60,681 nucleotides of DNA, from positions 1-60,681 of the forward strand of contig ADNK01000821.1 in assembly GCA_000320545.1 (NCBI GenBank). The letters are read 5' to 3'. Below, piece after piece: positions 14,109 to 26,704 of this stretch. A program made the position numbers and the translations under genes. The notes below the pieces were generated by a model. The model saw only the letters and a program-made list of their open reading frames with translations. It was not told the DNA's origin and did no database searches. Position 1 is the stretch's first letter. Each line of letters opens with the position of its first letter. This stretch comes from Bigelowiella natans CCMP2755 (taxonomy: Eukaryota; Protista; Cercozoa).

Positions 14109-14912
14109 GCACAAAAGACGAAGAAGAAGCAGTTGTAGCTTGTGAGGAAGCTGGATTTCACCACCTTTGATTCTACTCTTTTTTTCATGCATTCCTTCTC
14201 CCCTTAGTGCCCCGATGGCGCTATTTTCCGCGCTGTAAATGAGCGCATTGCAAGAGGGGGGGGGAGCACGGGCGGTTCTGCTTTAGGGTGAGAATACTAC
14301 CATTTACAACAAGAAATTGTTGATATTAACGATGATGATGATGAGGGCAAACACACACACACACACACATACATCCAAACACACGCGCACACGCACACGC
14401 ACGATTTAGCCCCTCATCGATTCTCTCCCTCTCCCTGCCCCAGTCTCCGCTCACCAGCCGCAACTACCACCACAACGACAATCCAACCGCACAAAACATG
14501 ATGATATGCTGTAGGAAGTCTCCTCCTCCTTCTTCTTCCTCTTCCTCCTCCTCCTCCTCCTCTTCTCGCCGTAAATACTTTTACTTATTCACAACGCAGA
14601 AATGGCGAAAGCTCGTCGCTCCAGCGAAGGTACGGGCGCAGCCTCAGTAACGTGAGCGAGGGAAGCGATAGCAACACCGTCGTCAGCTCAGAGACGACCT
14701 CGATCATCACGCAGCAGAATCTGCAGGACGTCAACAATACCGGTAAGAGAGGGAGGGGCGGAGAACAAGAAGAATAAGAAGAAGAGGAGGAAAGATTAGG
14801 GAGGAAATGACTGCTCTTGTTGCATGGACTGGTCAACCCAGTAATACACTAAATAGTTGTCGCTAATCATGGTGGTAGTAGCAGCACTAGCATCAGCACC
14901 AGCATAGCTCAC

Positions 14913-14953
<41 letters not shown>

Positions 14954-16368
14954 TAATAACATATTTCCATATCTCTGTGGCCTTCATTGTCTTAGTTCCT
15001 GCTGTAACGACATTCTCACGAATGGTATGGCTTCAACTCCACGCTGCCAAAGAGAGGAGAGAGAGGGAGCAGCAGCAGCATGGGGAGGGGGGAGAAAAGG
15101 GCGCTGGCAGCGATGAAGGAGAATCTCACGGAGACAGTCACAGCGGCGCTGTTCAGAAATTCAAGAAATCAGATGACGATGAGAGTGCGAGTGCTGCTTT
15201 TATCCTGAGCCCTCCAGACGGATACACCAAGGAAGCGCTAGAAAGAACACAGGTATGCGAGGGGGGGGGGGGGGGGGATAATGTCCTAGGGGTGGTTGTA
15301 GTGATGATGATGACGATGAGAGTGCTGCTTGTATTGTTTGTGTATGATTGTGTGTGTGTGTGTGAGTGAGTGTGAGCGTGTTGTGTGTGTGTGCTATCAA
15401 CAATCATTACGCACCGATACAATCGCTGCAACGAACTTTGGATGCACTTCATCAGCATCTTCATTATCATCATCACCGTCACCACCATTTTCATTATCAT
15501 CAACAATAATATATCTTACCTCAAACATATTTGATCACCGATGATATATTTGCTTTGCCAATAGGCTCATTGGAAGTCCTTGCCTTTAGCCGTCAAGGTA
15601 GCAGCTTCTTCTTCTCCTTCGTAGTTCGTAGAACAATTGTTGCGTCTGCACAACACCCCATCGTTTGCTTGGAAAAAGGGGGGGGCGGGGGGGACGAATC
15701 ACCTAACGATATTGTCACCTGCGCGTACCAGAGCAGCCAGCACTCATCACCGAAACTAACACCACGCGTGGCGTTGTTGGCAATGGTGTTATAATATATG
15801 AGAGTACCATTTGTCAAATCGATCAGGTGGAGCTGTACAGCCATTGGACTCGCAGCTTAGAACCTACCCTCCTTCCCCCTGCGACACAGGAGGTAGAGGA
15901 GGAAGAAGGAATGTGTGTGTGCGTGTGTGTGTGTGTGTGTGTTTTGTGTGTGTAACCATTAATATCTACATAGCACCAAACTAACAGCGACGTCTTTTCC
16001 CCCTTTCAGGCATTGCGTGATTTGTTTATGGGAGAGGCTATGAAGAAGGCTGGTGGCGCGGGGGAGGAGGAGGAGGAGGATAAGAAGGGGGAGAAAAAGG
16101 AGGAGGAACAGCAGCGGCATAACGACTTGCCATCAGACACGAAAGAGAAGCAACATGATCATGGAGAAGAGGAGGCACCTGCCGATCAAATGAAAAACAG
16201 CAGAAGCAGCGCGATAACGTACGCTACGAAGGACGACTGCATGCATCATTCATGACGCCATTTCCTGACATGCCGTGGCAGCAAAATAACGGCTAAAAGA
16301 CACGCATACGTGCATGCTTTCTCGATCGTCGTGCGACGAACGATCTGTCTTTTCCTCCGCCCCCTCCT

Positions 16369-16410
<42 letters not shown>

Positions 16411-17456
16411 GAACGACATTGCTGCTTGGTTTCGTTGTGCGGAAGTTGAGGCCGACGCTAACGTCTTATATGATTCTTTGATCATCGCAGATGGCAGCTC
16501 CTAGCGGATCATCGATTAGATGCAACGACGTTAGCCGTGCTGCGTCGTTTCAAAACCACGGTGGGAGGGGGGGGGGGGAGGCTAGAAGACGCGAGATGAG
16601 CAAGCGTTCATATGACGATGATGATGATTATGATGATTGTTAATGATGAGGGTGATAACGGTGATAGTGATTGTGGAGGTGGTATGGTAAATAGAATATA
16701 AGCGGGTTTAAACTGTGCTTGAGAGTCTCAATTTGCTAGTGTGGGTTAACGAAAAGAGGTGAAACTTGCCGTCATCACCGATGAATATTGTTCTTATGAT
16801 GGCTCTACCATTTATGAAAGGCGCGGAGAGTGTTGGAAGGGGACGGCATCCATCGGGATGATATCGTAAAGTATTTCCGGGCGACGCTCTTTACAAAGTC
16901 ATCAGGACTCAAGAAGTGCTATCGCTACACGCAGCCCGTCAATTTGGCCACTACACTCAAAGTAGTAAGATAAGAAAAAGGAGACGGAAAACAATGGAGA
17001 GCAGAGAACAGTTACAATTATTATTATTATTATTATTATTATTATGAAATGCGGTTTGTTGCGTCGTGCTCTCCTCCTTCTCTCCCCCTCTCCCCCCCTC
17101 TCCTCCTCTATTGTAGTGTCACGATGGCCCAGGATATATGTTCAAAGCTAGGGAGGTGCTTGAAGAAGGAGAGGTATTACGTATCCGCCACCACCATGTG
17201 CGGCATCACCGCGTGTGTAGCATCTTCTCAACCCATTTGTTTCCATTATTAATTGACCGATGGTGATGTTTGATGGTAATCACAGGTCGTAGAATGCATT
17301 GAGATAAAAGACGGGTGGATGCGGCACGCAAAGGGCTGGTCCGTGATGAATTACGAAAGCGCACCAGTGCTTACACCATGCCCAAACCCTGTATTTGAGG
17401 CTGAGTGCGTTGCAATAGAAGCCATGCTGCTATCTCCTTAGCAGAGGCGTTCTTAG
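10347..17456 (+). CDS. Multi-exon protein with helical BAR-like N-terminal region, weak RhoGAP-like segment and C-terminal SH3b-like domain
   Basis: Exons ERELNAISKHLEACRRAVKNCSKAQKAIE, VENYERKIAAS and IPVALEMLSPFVEK-CPDGAIFR. Terminal exons give LKCHDGPGYMFKAREVLEEGEVVECIEIKDGWMRHAKGWS. Domain calls other than SH3-like are tentative. Confidence 0.55.
13087..13170. repeat. Intronic tandem duplication, 44-bp period
   Basis: GCTAAGAATAATGCTTCACCACACGCACAACAC starts at both 13087 and 13131. Confidence 0.9.
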
Positions 17457-18112
17457 AAGAAATACGTGCGTGATAAAATTAATCTCATCAATCCTCGAGA
17501 AAAAGTCAACGACGTATGCACGTACTTGTAGAAGAAATGGAGTTGATCGTATGTGCGACATGGATATGGGCGCCGTGTTCATTAGAAAAACATGCAGCAG
17601 TAGTCTAGTGTGTGGTGTGCATGTAATGGCGTACTATTAGTAAAATTATTATGACCGCTGATGGTGGTGTAGGATAGCGTGTAATTCCAAGCATGCCTTC
17701 GCAAAGCGATGCGACAATGCAATAGCATACCACTACCGATCGTGTGTGCAACAACAATGCCATGATCTACATGAAGCAGGTCAATTAAGATGGCTAGATG
17801 AACAACATTCACTTTTCATTGCTTTTGTGCGAACATTTTACTTCCGTGCAGGTACAGCTTTCTGTTTGCCTTGACGTACCATTTATGATCTGTGGTATAC
17901 GAATACAACCCCCTCGATCGACCCATGCTAGCATGCGCAGAAATACAATTATATGCGCGCATGGCATGTATATTTACACATGATTATAAGCACACACTGG
18001 CGAGCTATATCTTTAATTGAGTAGCAAAGGAACAGGAACTCCACGGCATGCATAGAAGGGGGACTTGACAAAGGCTTGTGCCACAACGCAACAAAATCAA
18101 ACATATGCCTTA

Positions 18113-20029
18113 TCAACGTGCTGAGAGCCCCCCTTTCCCTTCCTTCCGTCTCCTCCTTTGGCGCAGGTCTTTATCGGTGATTCCATAGGCTTCTCGCAGG
18201 CGTGCGAACCTTGACTTCTTCATCTCAAGTGTCTCTAAATACTTCGGTGGCCTTTTTATTGATCTGCGGAAAAACCCTCCTCCTTTCTTATTGAAGAAGA
18301 CGAAGAAGGCGATTGCGGGAACTATCAGCGTTGCGAAGGACCTCAGTGAGTCGAAAACCTGAGAAGTACAGAAAAGTGCAATACACGAAGATGAGATGAT
18401 GAGCAACGAAAGGACATAATAACATAACCGAATTCTTCCTGAATGCGGATTTGTATATCATCTCAGCCAGCTTAAGGAGTCCTTCGTCGTACCCTTCCTT
18501 CTTCATTAACTTTTGTACCTGAGTCACCGATTTAGTTGAATGAATCACACTAACAACACGAAGAAGAGGCTTGTTGATGAGTGTCACGAGCAACGCCATC
18601 GCTCAAAACAGATATTTCTTAAGGGAATTTTCTGCATGGTATATGCAAATGCCAGAATCGTGAATGTCGTCGGTTCTATACAACTACCGCCACCACTACT
18701 ACTTACTACTGTTGTCACTTGTATTTAGTACTGCAATCATCACCTTTCTCACCGCTCGTTTCACTGTCGTCACAGATATCTGCGAAACCCGAAGTACAAA
18801 GATCAAACTTGATGTCACGGCACATGGCCACCATCAGCATCTATGATGTGGGAATTAACACTTGCATTTATGAATTAAGTGCTTTAACCCCCCCCCCCCT
18901 TCCCCAACACACAAACAAATACACATACGCAAGTATCTTTAATTCTGGTTAATATCGTAGCACCTTTTTCCGGAACATACGTCCCGTGAATGTCGATACT
19001 GTTCGCTTGTCGGATCGAAGCGCGAATAAAGCCGCTTTCTTCATTGCCTTCTTCATCTTGCGCGAGACCTTTCCGCTCTCTGTCAAATGTGAATCATCGA
19101 AAATGTGCCCGAGAACCTACATATAATGCTTATTCTGGTCAGGTAGTGATAATAACAAAAGCTTGCAACCCACCTCTCTTGCAAATGATTTAAAAGACGA
19201 AGTTTCTTTTGGAAGGCTCGGGATAGTCATCCAAATTATGGTAAGGGTTTTGTTTTTGGAGATAGTACCTACATTACATACAGATATACAGCAGCACACA
19301 ATTACAACGAGATTTGTGCCGGATGGAAAACACGGGGCAAGAAAATATATATAGACCAGCAAAACATCTCTATTTTATAAGATTCCATACAGCACAGATT
19401 CTAACTCGGTGTTTCCGGTAATCATATACATATTAACTCTGCTAGAATTTAGTGTGACTGCGTGTGTGTGTGATTCGCACGTTTTATGGATTGTAAGCAT
19501 GCGGGTTCATGTGAGATAATAATGGAGTTCTTTATGAGATTCCATGCATGCATCGTGAAGGTTACGACGCTGTGATTCTACAAGATAGACCAAAAAATAA
19601 TTATCGGTATTTTTCATCGAAGAGTACACGGATTTGCAATTGTAACTGAAGTTGCAATTGCAACAGTGTGAGTTTCCATGGATTCGGAAAGAAATCGTAA
19701 ATGTCGCAGGAATCACCAGACACATTGACGAGCTGGGCCACAGTCTTTTCATCGAGAATTCCTTGCGTGTCATAGACGTATTTGAATTCGTCACTTGATA
19801 GACGAGGGAGGGAAGAAATCGCAAAGGAGGACGAGGAGGGCTCGTGCCCCATCTCAGCGTCGCTCTGTCCGGTGCTAGCCTGCGGCTGTTGCAGCTCGCA
19901 CCCAACCTCCTGCCCGTCAACCATCTTGCAAGTATTCGAACTTTCCTCCAGTCCATCTGCCTCAATTTGCTCCCCAGCCTCTGCAGCCACAGCAAGGGCC
20001 ATCGCGCAGATGACCAGCCATTTGACCAT
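18113..20029 (-). CDS. TPM-domain (TLP18.3/Psb32/MOLO-1) type I membrane protein, multi-exon
   Basis: Signal peptide MVKWLVICAMALAVAA. TPM-like motifs YVYDTQGILDEKTVAQLVN, IIWMTIPSLP..FKSFAREV, DSGICIY and KKEGYDEGLLKLAEMI. TM segment LIVPAIAFFVFF followed by a basic tail. Confidence 0.75.
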
Positions 20030-20262
20030 CGCTGCTCTCGCGTAGAGCCTCTCCTCCTTTTCTCTAAGAAATACGAGCTTCTGTTTCAGCATGAACGGGA
20101 TGGATTTCTAACCTGCGACAACCCTATTCTTGACGTAGAACCCGTTTTCGTGCTGCGACAAGCCTGACCAGCACACGCCCTTCCTTGAAAGTTCGAGGAA
20201 CTCACATTTCGGATCCGAATCCTTGCTCGTGCTCGCACTCTCTCAGGACAATCAGAACTTCC

Positions 20263-20330
20263 GCGCAGCTCTGCATGATGGTTAAGGACCAGAAACAGCG
20301 GAGACCAGAGTTCGATCCTCTGACTGTGCA
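20263..20330 (+). pseudogene. Degenerate tRNA-like sequence (Gly-like ends, disrupted anticodon arm)
   Basis: Acceptor-like GCGCAG/CTGTGC+A, A-box-like TGGTTAAG and a perfect T-arm CAGAG-TTCGATC-CTCTG. No pairable anticodon arm; only 68 nt. Confidence 0.6.
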
Positions 20331-20345
20331 TTCAAACCTTATTGA

Positions 20346-20418
20346 GGGCCTATCGTCTAATCTGGAAGGATGTATGTCTTGCACACATACGATACCGGTT
20401 CAAATCCGGTTGGGTCCA
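20346..20418 (+). tRNA. tRNA-Ala(TGC)
   Basis: Full cloverleaf: acceptor GGGCCTA/TGGGTCC with G3:U70, anticodon arm TATGT-CTTGCAC-ACATA (TGC at 20380-20382), T-arm ACCGG-TTCAAAT-CCGGT. A T7 Pol III terminator follows immediately. Confidence 0.95.
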
Positions 20419-21593
20419 ATCTTTTTTTGGCATCTCGAACATTGGAATGACTCCACCTTGAAGAATATTCTACAGGCCTCGCAACCTTTTTGCAGTAAGT
20501 GTTGAGCATGAGTGAGTATGAAAAGGTTATAAAGTAGCCATGGGCACATTGCAAAAGGGAAACAAGTGACTACTGTTCCAAGCAAAGTTGTCTCAAAACA
20601 TTCAATTTGTTGTTAAGCGCGTGGAAAAGATTAATCTTTTCAAAATCAACTATTTCCCCATGGAATTAAATGTTCAGCCCATAGAACTGATTCAGTCCAT
20701 AGAACTGATTCTTGCGGTTTTGTTGACGACAGAATTCCTCAGTGAAGGAAATGAAATGGCTGCGTTCATTTGGAGCCTGCATTCGTAACGCCCAGATGAA
20801 TACGTGGATGCATGCTGGACTGCGCATTCAATTCAGAGTACAGTAGTGATGAGACTAGACGAACGACACAGCAGCTACTAGATGATCAAGATGTACGATC
20901 GACAAACATTACATCGACCAACCTCATTAGCCATGCAGTCTGATCATGCATGGGAATTGCATGATCATATGAAACTGTGTTAGTGATCATTAACAATATC
21001 GATTTTGTCAATGTGCAATGAAATCCGCTCGCGGCTGCGATGTGCTGATGGATAATGGACTGCAGACATAAATAAGAAGATGAAGGTTAGCATTCCAATG
21101 CAAACTGAGCGCTAGGTGTTGGAAAGTATGCCAAAATGTGGTAATCTGTTCTGTGTGTCATCACCAGCAAGTACATTCATCTAGTCCATATAGCATTTCA
21201 TTGTTTAGTATGTGCTGGCCGCCAAGTTATCCTGGCACATGCGCGTGATGATCGGTGCTAGTGGTTACTATATCACACCCAATACCACATCAAAAGCACC
21301 TTTTGAAATCTTCTCGCATGATAAACTACTCTACATTTTCTATGCGAGCCTACAAGATCCAGCGTAAAGTTCTAAATTTCATATCTAACACCGTCAAATC
21401 GATACTTTAATGACTTCTCCTTATTAACTGAAGTCTAATTCTGTACAGAATATGTTGAACTAACTGAGGCTTGTGATAGGCTAGGAACAATATTTTATGG
21501 AACAATGGCTCTACGCATTCATGTTATCGGAGCCTCCTTACCGAGGTCTCTGTCTTCCAATGTCCATTTTACGTTTGCGGAGGTTCCCGCTGA

Positions 21594-23058
21594 TTATATA
21601 AACACCGCCCTGCGCTTATAGTCCCTCATCTTTACAATGACCAAGTTTTTATCGATTTTTACTTGAGTCAGACCAGCAGCGCGTAGCTCCTCAGCAATAA
21701 GTACAGCCAGCTCTTCAACAACGGCAAATTCCTTCGGAGGTACAACGTCGGGTACATCAATCTCACAGTCTTCATGTTCTGTTTCCCTGCTGCAGGATCC
21801 AGGGGTGAAGCACCGAAGAGTACAATTGAATCCATCGTTGAGGATATTCTCCCCTGAGCGCCAGAATTCGTCGAGCATGCCCTGGTGGAAATACGCATAT
21901 CCGCGATCAACATGGTGGTAGTCGCTAATGAGGTTGACTAAACTTCTCCGGGAAGTGCTGTCCCCGACCAATTTTGCAAGGGAACTGTCAATCAGAGCAC
22001 GAATCTGCGGTATTTGTTTTTGCTTCTTCCTCGTCTCCATTTGTAGCTCCATCTTGCCTTGTCCACTGTAAATATCACCCAAACAGGGTAGTCAGTCAGT
22101 CATAGTCAATCAGTCAGTCTACTACAAGCTTATGCAGATTCGTAACGGGACAAAAAAAGGAATACTTCATGAAATTTATCAACTACCAGGTCCAGCAACA
22201 ACCTCGAGCTATTCCAATAAGTATTCCTCGCTCTTTGAGTTTGCATGCTGCAGTCTCCATCATGTCTATGTCGGTTTTATCACCCCATGATGATTCAAGG
22301 CTCCTCCTGCTCGCAACTGCTGCTTCCAAAGCACTCATTGTTGCAATCTTTGTTACAGCCTTGCTTTCCTCAAATTCTTCCAGTAGATCATCATACACGT
22401 AATCATATAGCTCCGAAATTGCATGGTTTCCTCCTGTGAGACAGCAAAACGAACAGTGAGAACAGTTCAGATTCAGGCGAAATTTCAAGATTGTCCTGCT
22501 TATATTTGTACCTTGAGAGACTGCATCCCAAGCAAGGAGAAATCCATGATCGACAAGTTGCCTCATCAATGAACGGGCGCTTTCAAACTGTTCGAACCAG
22601 ATATCATCCTCAGAGTCGTATTCCACCCCACTGTTTCGCTCCCCAAGCTCCTCCACATCGTCCTCAGTTCTATCGTCGATAACCGAGTCATTATCTTGTG
22701 TGATGGTAGAAGGTAACAACATCCTTTTTTCATCTACTGATAAACGACGCATCCTTTGCAAACTATCCTTTTCGTCTTCTACGAGACGACGGGTTCTGTG
22801 ACGACATCTTCGGGATCTTACTTCGTTTTCATCCTCATCGTCATCAGACATCCTTTGGAATGGAAGTTCTTCATGTCCCCTTGGCGAGCGGAGGGGCATC
22901 ACCCTGCAGTCATAGTTCGAGGTGGGAGATGCAATGGAAAAATATTCTTCTGAAGATGAATCGTCGAGCTCCATAGAGATCTTCTGTTCAATTGCTGGGC
23001 GGCTCGCTTCGGAGAAAGCCATGAAAGAATGCTCGCAAGTAGGGGAGGAGAGTTCCAT
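21594..23058 (-). CDS. Acidic N-terminal region plus DUF6891-like (CCxTCG) domain; introns 22434-22511 and 22066-22186
   Basis: GT-AG splicing joins the two listed ORFs into LKERGILIGIARGCCWTCG...GYAYFHQ...IAEELRAAGLT. This resembles the bacterial DUF6891 pattern (recalled from memory, not searched). Confidence 0.7.
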
Positions 23059-24898
23059 TTAGTCGAAGCGAGTAGGATCTATGCTTGAGGGTTGAAATGT
23101 GGAAAGGAGGTGCTGATCTTACGATGATAAGTGAAACCTAGACAGGTGGTGGCGTCTGGCGAACACACGCAAGCACTAAATATTCCATCGAGATGTTGCT
23201 CCAGGATAAAATAAGCACAATTCCTGCTGTAAAACACCCATGAACACTTATTCACGCCTTCTTTCACGTCCTGCGACAGGCTGCGGAAGTGGAGCATCGA
23301 CCTTCCCACGCGCTAAGCAAAATATCGGTGAACTTAGAACTTCCCTGAAAGTTGTAGAGTTTTCAACATTCGCCTTTTTACCCGAATGTTTCCATTTTTT
23401 GGCGCTTTCCAGATCGAATGCACTGCTATCCGGATCAGAAATCTGCGGCGCCGAGGATGTCGTTATTTCGGGAGCACGAGCTGGTTGTTGAGAGTATTGA
23501 GCGGTTTGGATTGGGCGAACTTACCAGATATCGCAGGAGCAATGTACAGTTTGTCTGATATTGTCAGTCAAAGGAATGAAACTAATTCGTTTTTATATGA
23601 GCGTCAACTCTGCATCTCAAAATATGCGTTTTTACGCCCGTGCTACTCGCATTCAAAGAGCATCCTGCGAATCTCAATTTGCTGGAACACATTGGCTAGT
23701 ACACATCCGTTTTATTAGTGCACGGTAGGCTACTTCCTGGGCAGTTTTTTACGGGTTTATTTAACGTAGGGGATTTTCATGTTGGAAAGGCCCCTTGATG
23801 TTGTCGCTCGAAATACTTGCATCGTGACGTTAGGAACAGCGGCCTGGTTGCAGCAGCGAGGAGGAAGAACATTGGTCTGCCTGCCGATGTTCGCTCCGTT
23901 GTCTGCTTCGCGGTGTGTTTGCAGTCCAACAGAAAATGTGAAATTGAGAATAGGTGTAGAGCACAACATGGGGAACACAAAGTCTGTCCAAGAACACAGA
24001 CAATCTTCATGTTCGAAGGCGTACCGATTGCGCGTTTAGTAGTGTCCAACACTTGCATACCCCGCTGTTAGCTTGGTCATAATCAATGGAAATGGATCTA
24101 AACAGAAGCTCTGCACAATAGCACCAATCTATAATTCGCCACAGCTCAGCTGCTGTAGCAAGAAGTCAATTTTATTAGTTTTGGTGATGTTCCTTTATTT
24201 TTTCGGAAATCTCCGAAGTCAAGAATGATATGCACAAGGTATAACTCTATCCCTGAATTTCATCGTGAGCAGACAGATTCAACACCATCGAAATATTCCA
24301 TATGTGTGAGCAAGTCGTAGTAAGCATCATGGTTTCGACAAAAACCGTGTTGGTTACATCAGAATTCATTTCGATTTGTTGGATTCGTTGCGTTAGTCTT
24401 TCGGGGATGTTCTGAGGCACAGTAGCATTTCTCGTACTAGCTTACAATGATAATTTATTTCATTGAAATCAACGGTGCTTCATCATTCGCAATTCAATCT
24501 GATTCGCCTCGCGCGTGTCACCGCAATTCAGTGAGCTCAACGCACATGCCTGATGTGTGCATAATTAGCGCGCCACTGAAGAGGTGTAGACATGCGCTAA
24601 TGCATGCATCCTTCCGACATCTGCATGTGACAGTGGTGACTAGCTGGTGCACAAAAACGAGCGAGTCAGCATTACACGGCCGAGTCGCATGCCGTACGTG
24701 CATGGGTAACACACGTGAGCTGCGAGTAGTTGCTTGTGCGCGTGCTGCCACACAGATTACACAGACAAGGTGATATAACAAATGTACATAACATATAATG
24801 TTACTGTGTCTATTATACTGCTCTTTTTGTACGTCTAGACTCTTGTCGTCCTGTAAACAGTTACTCTGATTCATACGATTTGCGTAGCAATCGCAACT

Positions 24899-26704
24899 CT
24901 ATTTAGTCGAAGGGTCCTCTGCAGGAACGCGGGGTTTGTGTCTCTTACTTAGTTTTGGTTTCAAATCATCTATTTTAGCTGCAAGAATGAAATCATTATC
25001 TGTCAAACCCTTTACACTATGCGTATAAATCACGACTGACACAAATTGATAGCTTTCCAAGTGCACGTCAGGATGGTGACCTTCGCTCTCCTAACAAAAT
25101 CACACACACAGTTGATAAATCTCGTCGCCAAGTTTGTACATCGTTGTTCATGAGTGTCTGTGTGTTGAGGGGTGGGGGGGAGATTATTCATCCAACATCT
25201 CATCTCACCGCGATATGTGCAACTTGGTTCAGAAAGGCCATGCCTTCCATAAAATTCCTTACTCTATAAGCACGACGGATTTTTTGCACGCCTTCATCGT
25301 CCTCATACATCTCCCTAGAGTGAAGACGGCACAAACAGACGTGAGAATATGCATGCCCTCATCCGTTGTGGAAGGGTATGACATACGTACAACATACCAT
25401 TCTTTAGATATCCGTGCGAGCATCTTTCCTGCTTCTTCCTTAGAGAGCTTGTCAACTGCCAGAAAGCAAGATCAGAAACTGTGTCGCTGAGTACGAATGA
25501 TAATTTTCGAATTTGAGTTTTTCGAGGGAAATGCAGTGTGATAATAACATTTGAGAGGATTCCTTACATATAAAGCTGGGTGCTACTCTTTCATCAATCA
25601 TACCTTTGCCCTCACACGCACTACATTTCATCTGCTTCAGAGCTTTCTGGGCAAAGTTCACGTAGAATCAGCAGTTGTTCACAGACTTATACATAACAGA
25701 GAGGCTACCTTCGCGTGCACGACGTCCGCAAGCTCTTTCACCTTCTTGGCGTCCAGATACCCCACCTTCGCACAAGGTATTCCTGCTTCCTTGTAAAACT
25801 GAATGGTGTTGGGGTCTGTGGGTGAGGCCTCAATGCCCGTGCCGACAATTACAATGTCCACGTCCTCTAGCAACTCAGCCGCGTTGGACACGGTCACCCC
25901 TGATGCACAGGCAAGCAGCCCGTTTTCGCCGATGGCCTTGCGATACAGGATGCGGCGGTCTGTTTCCAAAGGATTGCCTGTGCCCGGGCCCGAAGTGTTC
26001 ATGATTGCACCTGTCGGCCCTGCCGGAGGCATCAACTTCGCCTTGAACTCGGCTACTGTCTTCGCGATCAAGTCATACTTCTGATCTGAAGATTTCACCT
26101 CCAAGGGCCAAGATCGCGTTTTGCCTTTGAACAGAAACCCGAAAAATACGAGGCCCGTAAAGTTTTGCGCCACAAGGGCTGCGGCGGCGTCGGTAGCTTT
26201 CTTGTGGGCTCCGTTGAAATCGCAACCGCTGTCCATCCACAAGGCATCAAGGCCAGCTGGAAGAGGCTGAGGAATCTTCTCCGACATGAAATTGATGCCG
26301 ATAAATAGCTTCGGGTGAGCCTTACGAACCAGCTCATAGGTGGACTTCACAGTCGACGGAGGCATCCTTAATGGGTGCAGGGAGTAAGTTTGTGTGTGTG
26401 CGCGCGCGCGTGTGTGTGTGTGTTCAGAGTGTGACAGGAAAAGTACTTTGCCACAGCTGGAATAAGGAATACACCGTCGGCTCCATTCGCAGCCGCCACG
26501 TCCACTTGCTTTTTGGCGTGGGCTTTGAGGTCACCGCCCGAATCTGATGGCAGTGCGGTGAGCGATGCTTAGTATCGGCTCGAGGTTTTGGACTATGTGG
26601 GCGAAAATTAAACCGTGAAACGCACCTGGATCAACAAGGTGTATCACTGCAATGAACACCCTCTGCCGTCCAGGGAAATGCTTCTTCAGATGCGGTTGGG
26701 ACAT
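24899..26704 (-). CDS. Fusion: BtpA/SgcQ-like TIM barrel plus pterin-4-alpha-carbinolamine dehydratase (PCD)
   Basis: Exons give FIAVIHL, NGADGVFLI, HPKLFIGINF, TSGPGTG, ACASGVT and VGTGIE. After intron 25647-25708 the frame continues LKQMKCSACEG...NFMEGMAFLNQVAHIAESEGHHPDVHL...YTHSVKGLTDNDFILAAKID (PCD signature). Confidence 0.8.

Noticed and set aside
20679-20711. 18-bp-period repeat CCATAGAACTGATTC as CRISPR-like
   Set aside because: Two adjacent copies without real spacers in a eukaryotic context; a simple tandem duplication.
23757-24071. Two similar short peptides (MQV...SNMKI) in overlapping minus-strand ORFs
   Set aside because: Similarity is short and gapped with no recognisable domain; could be chance.
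25679-26365. Low TpA in the BtpA-like exon as another hypermutated patch
   Set aside because: Explained by GC-rich codon usage in an intact gene; Tyr codons persist.
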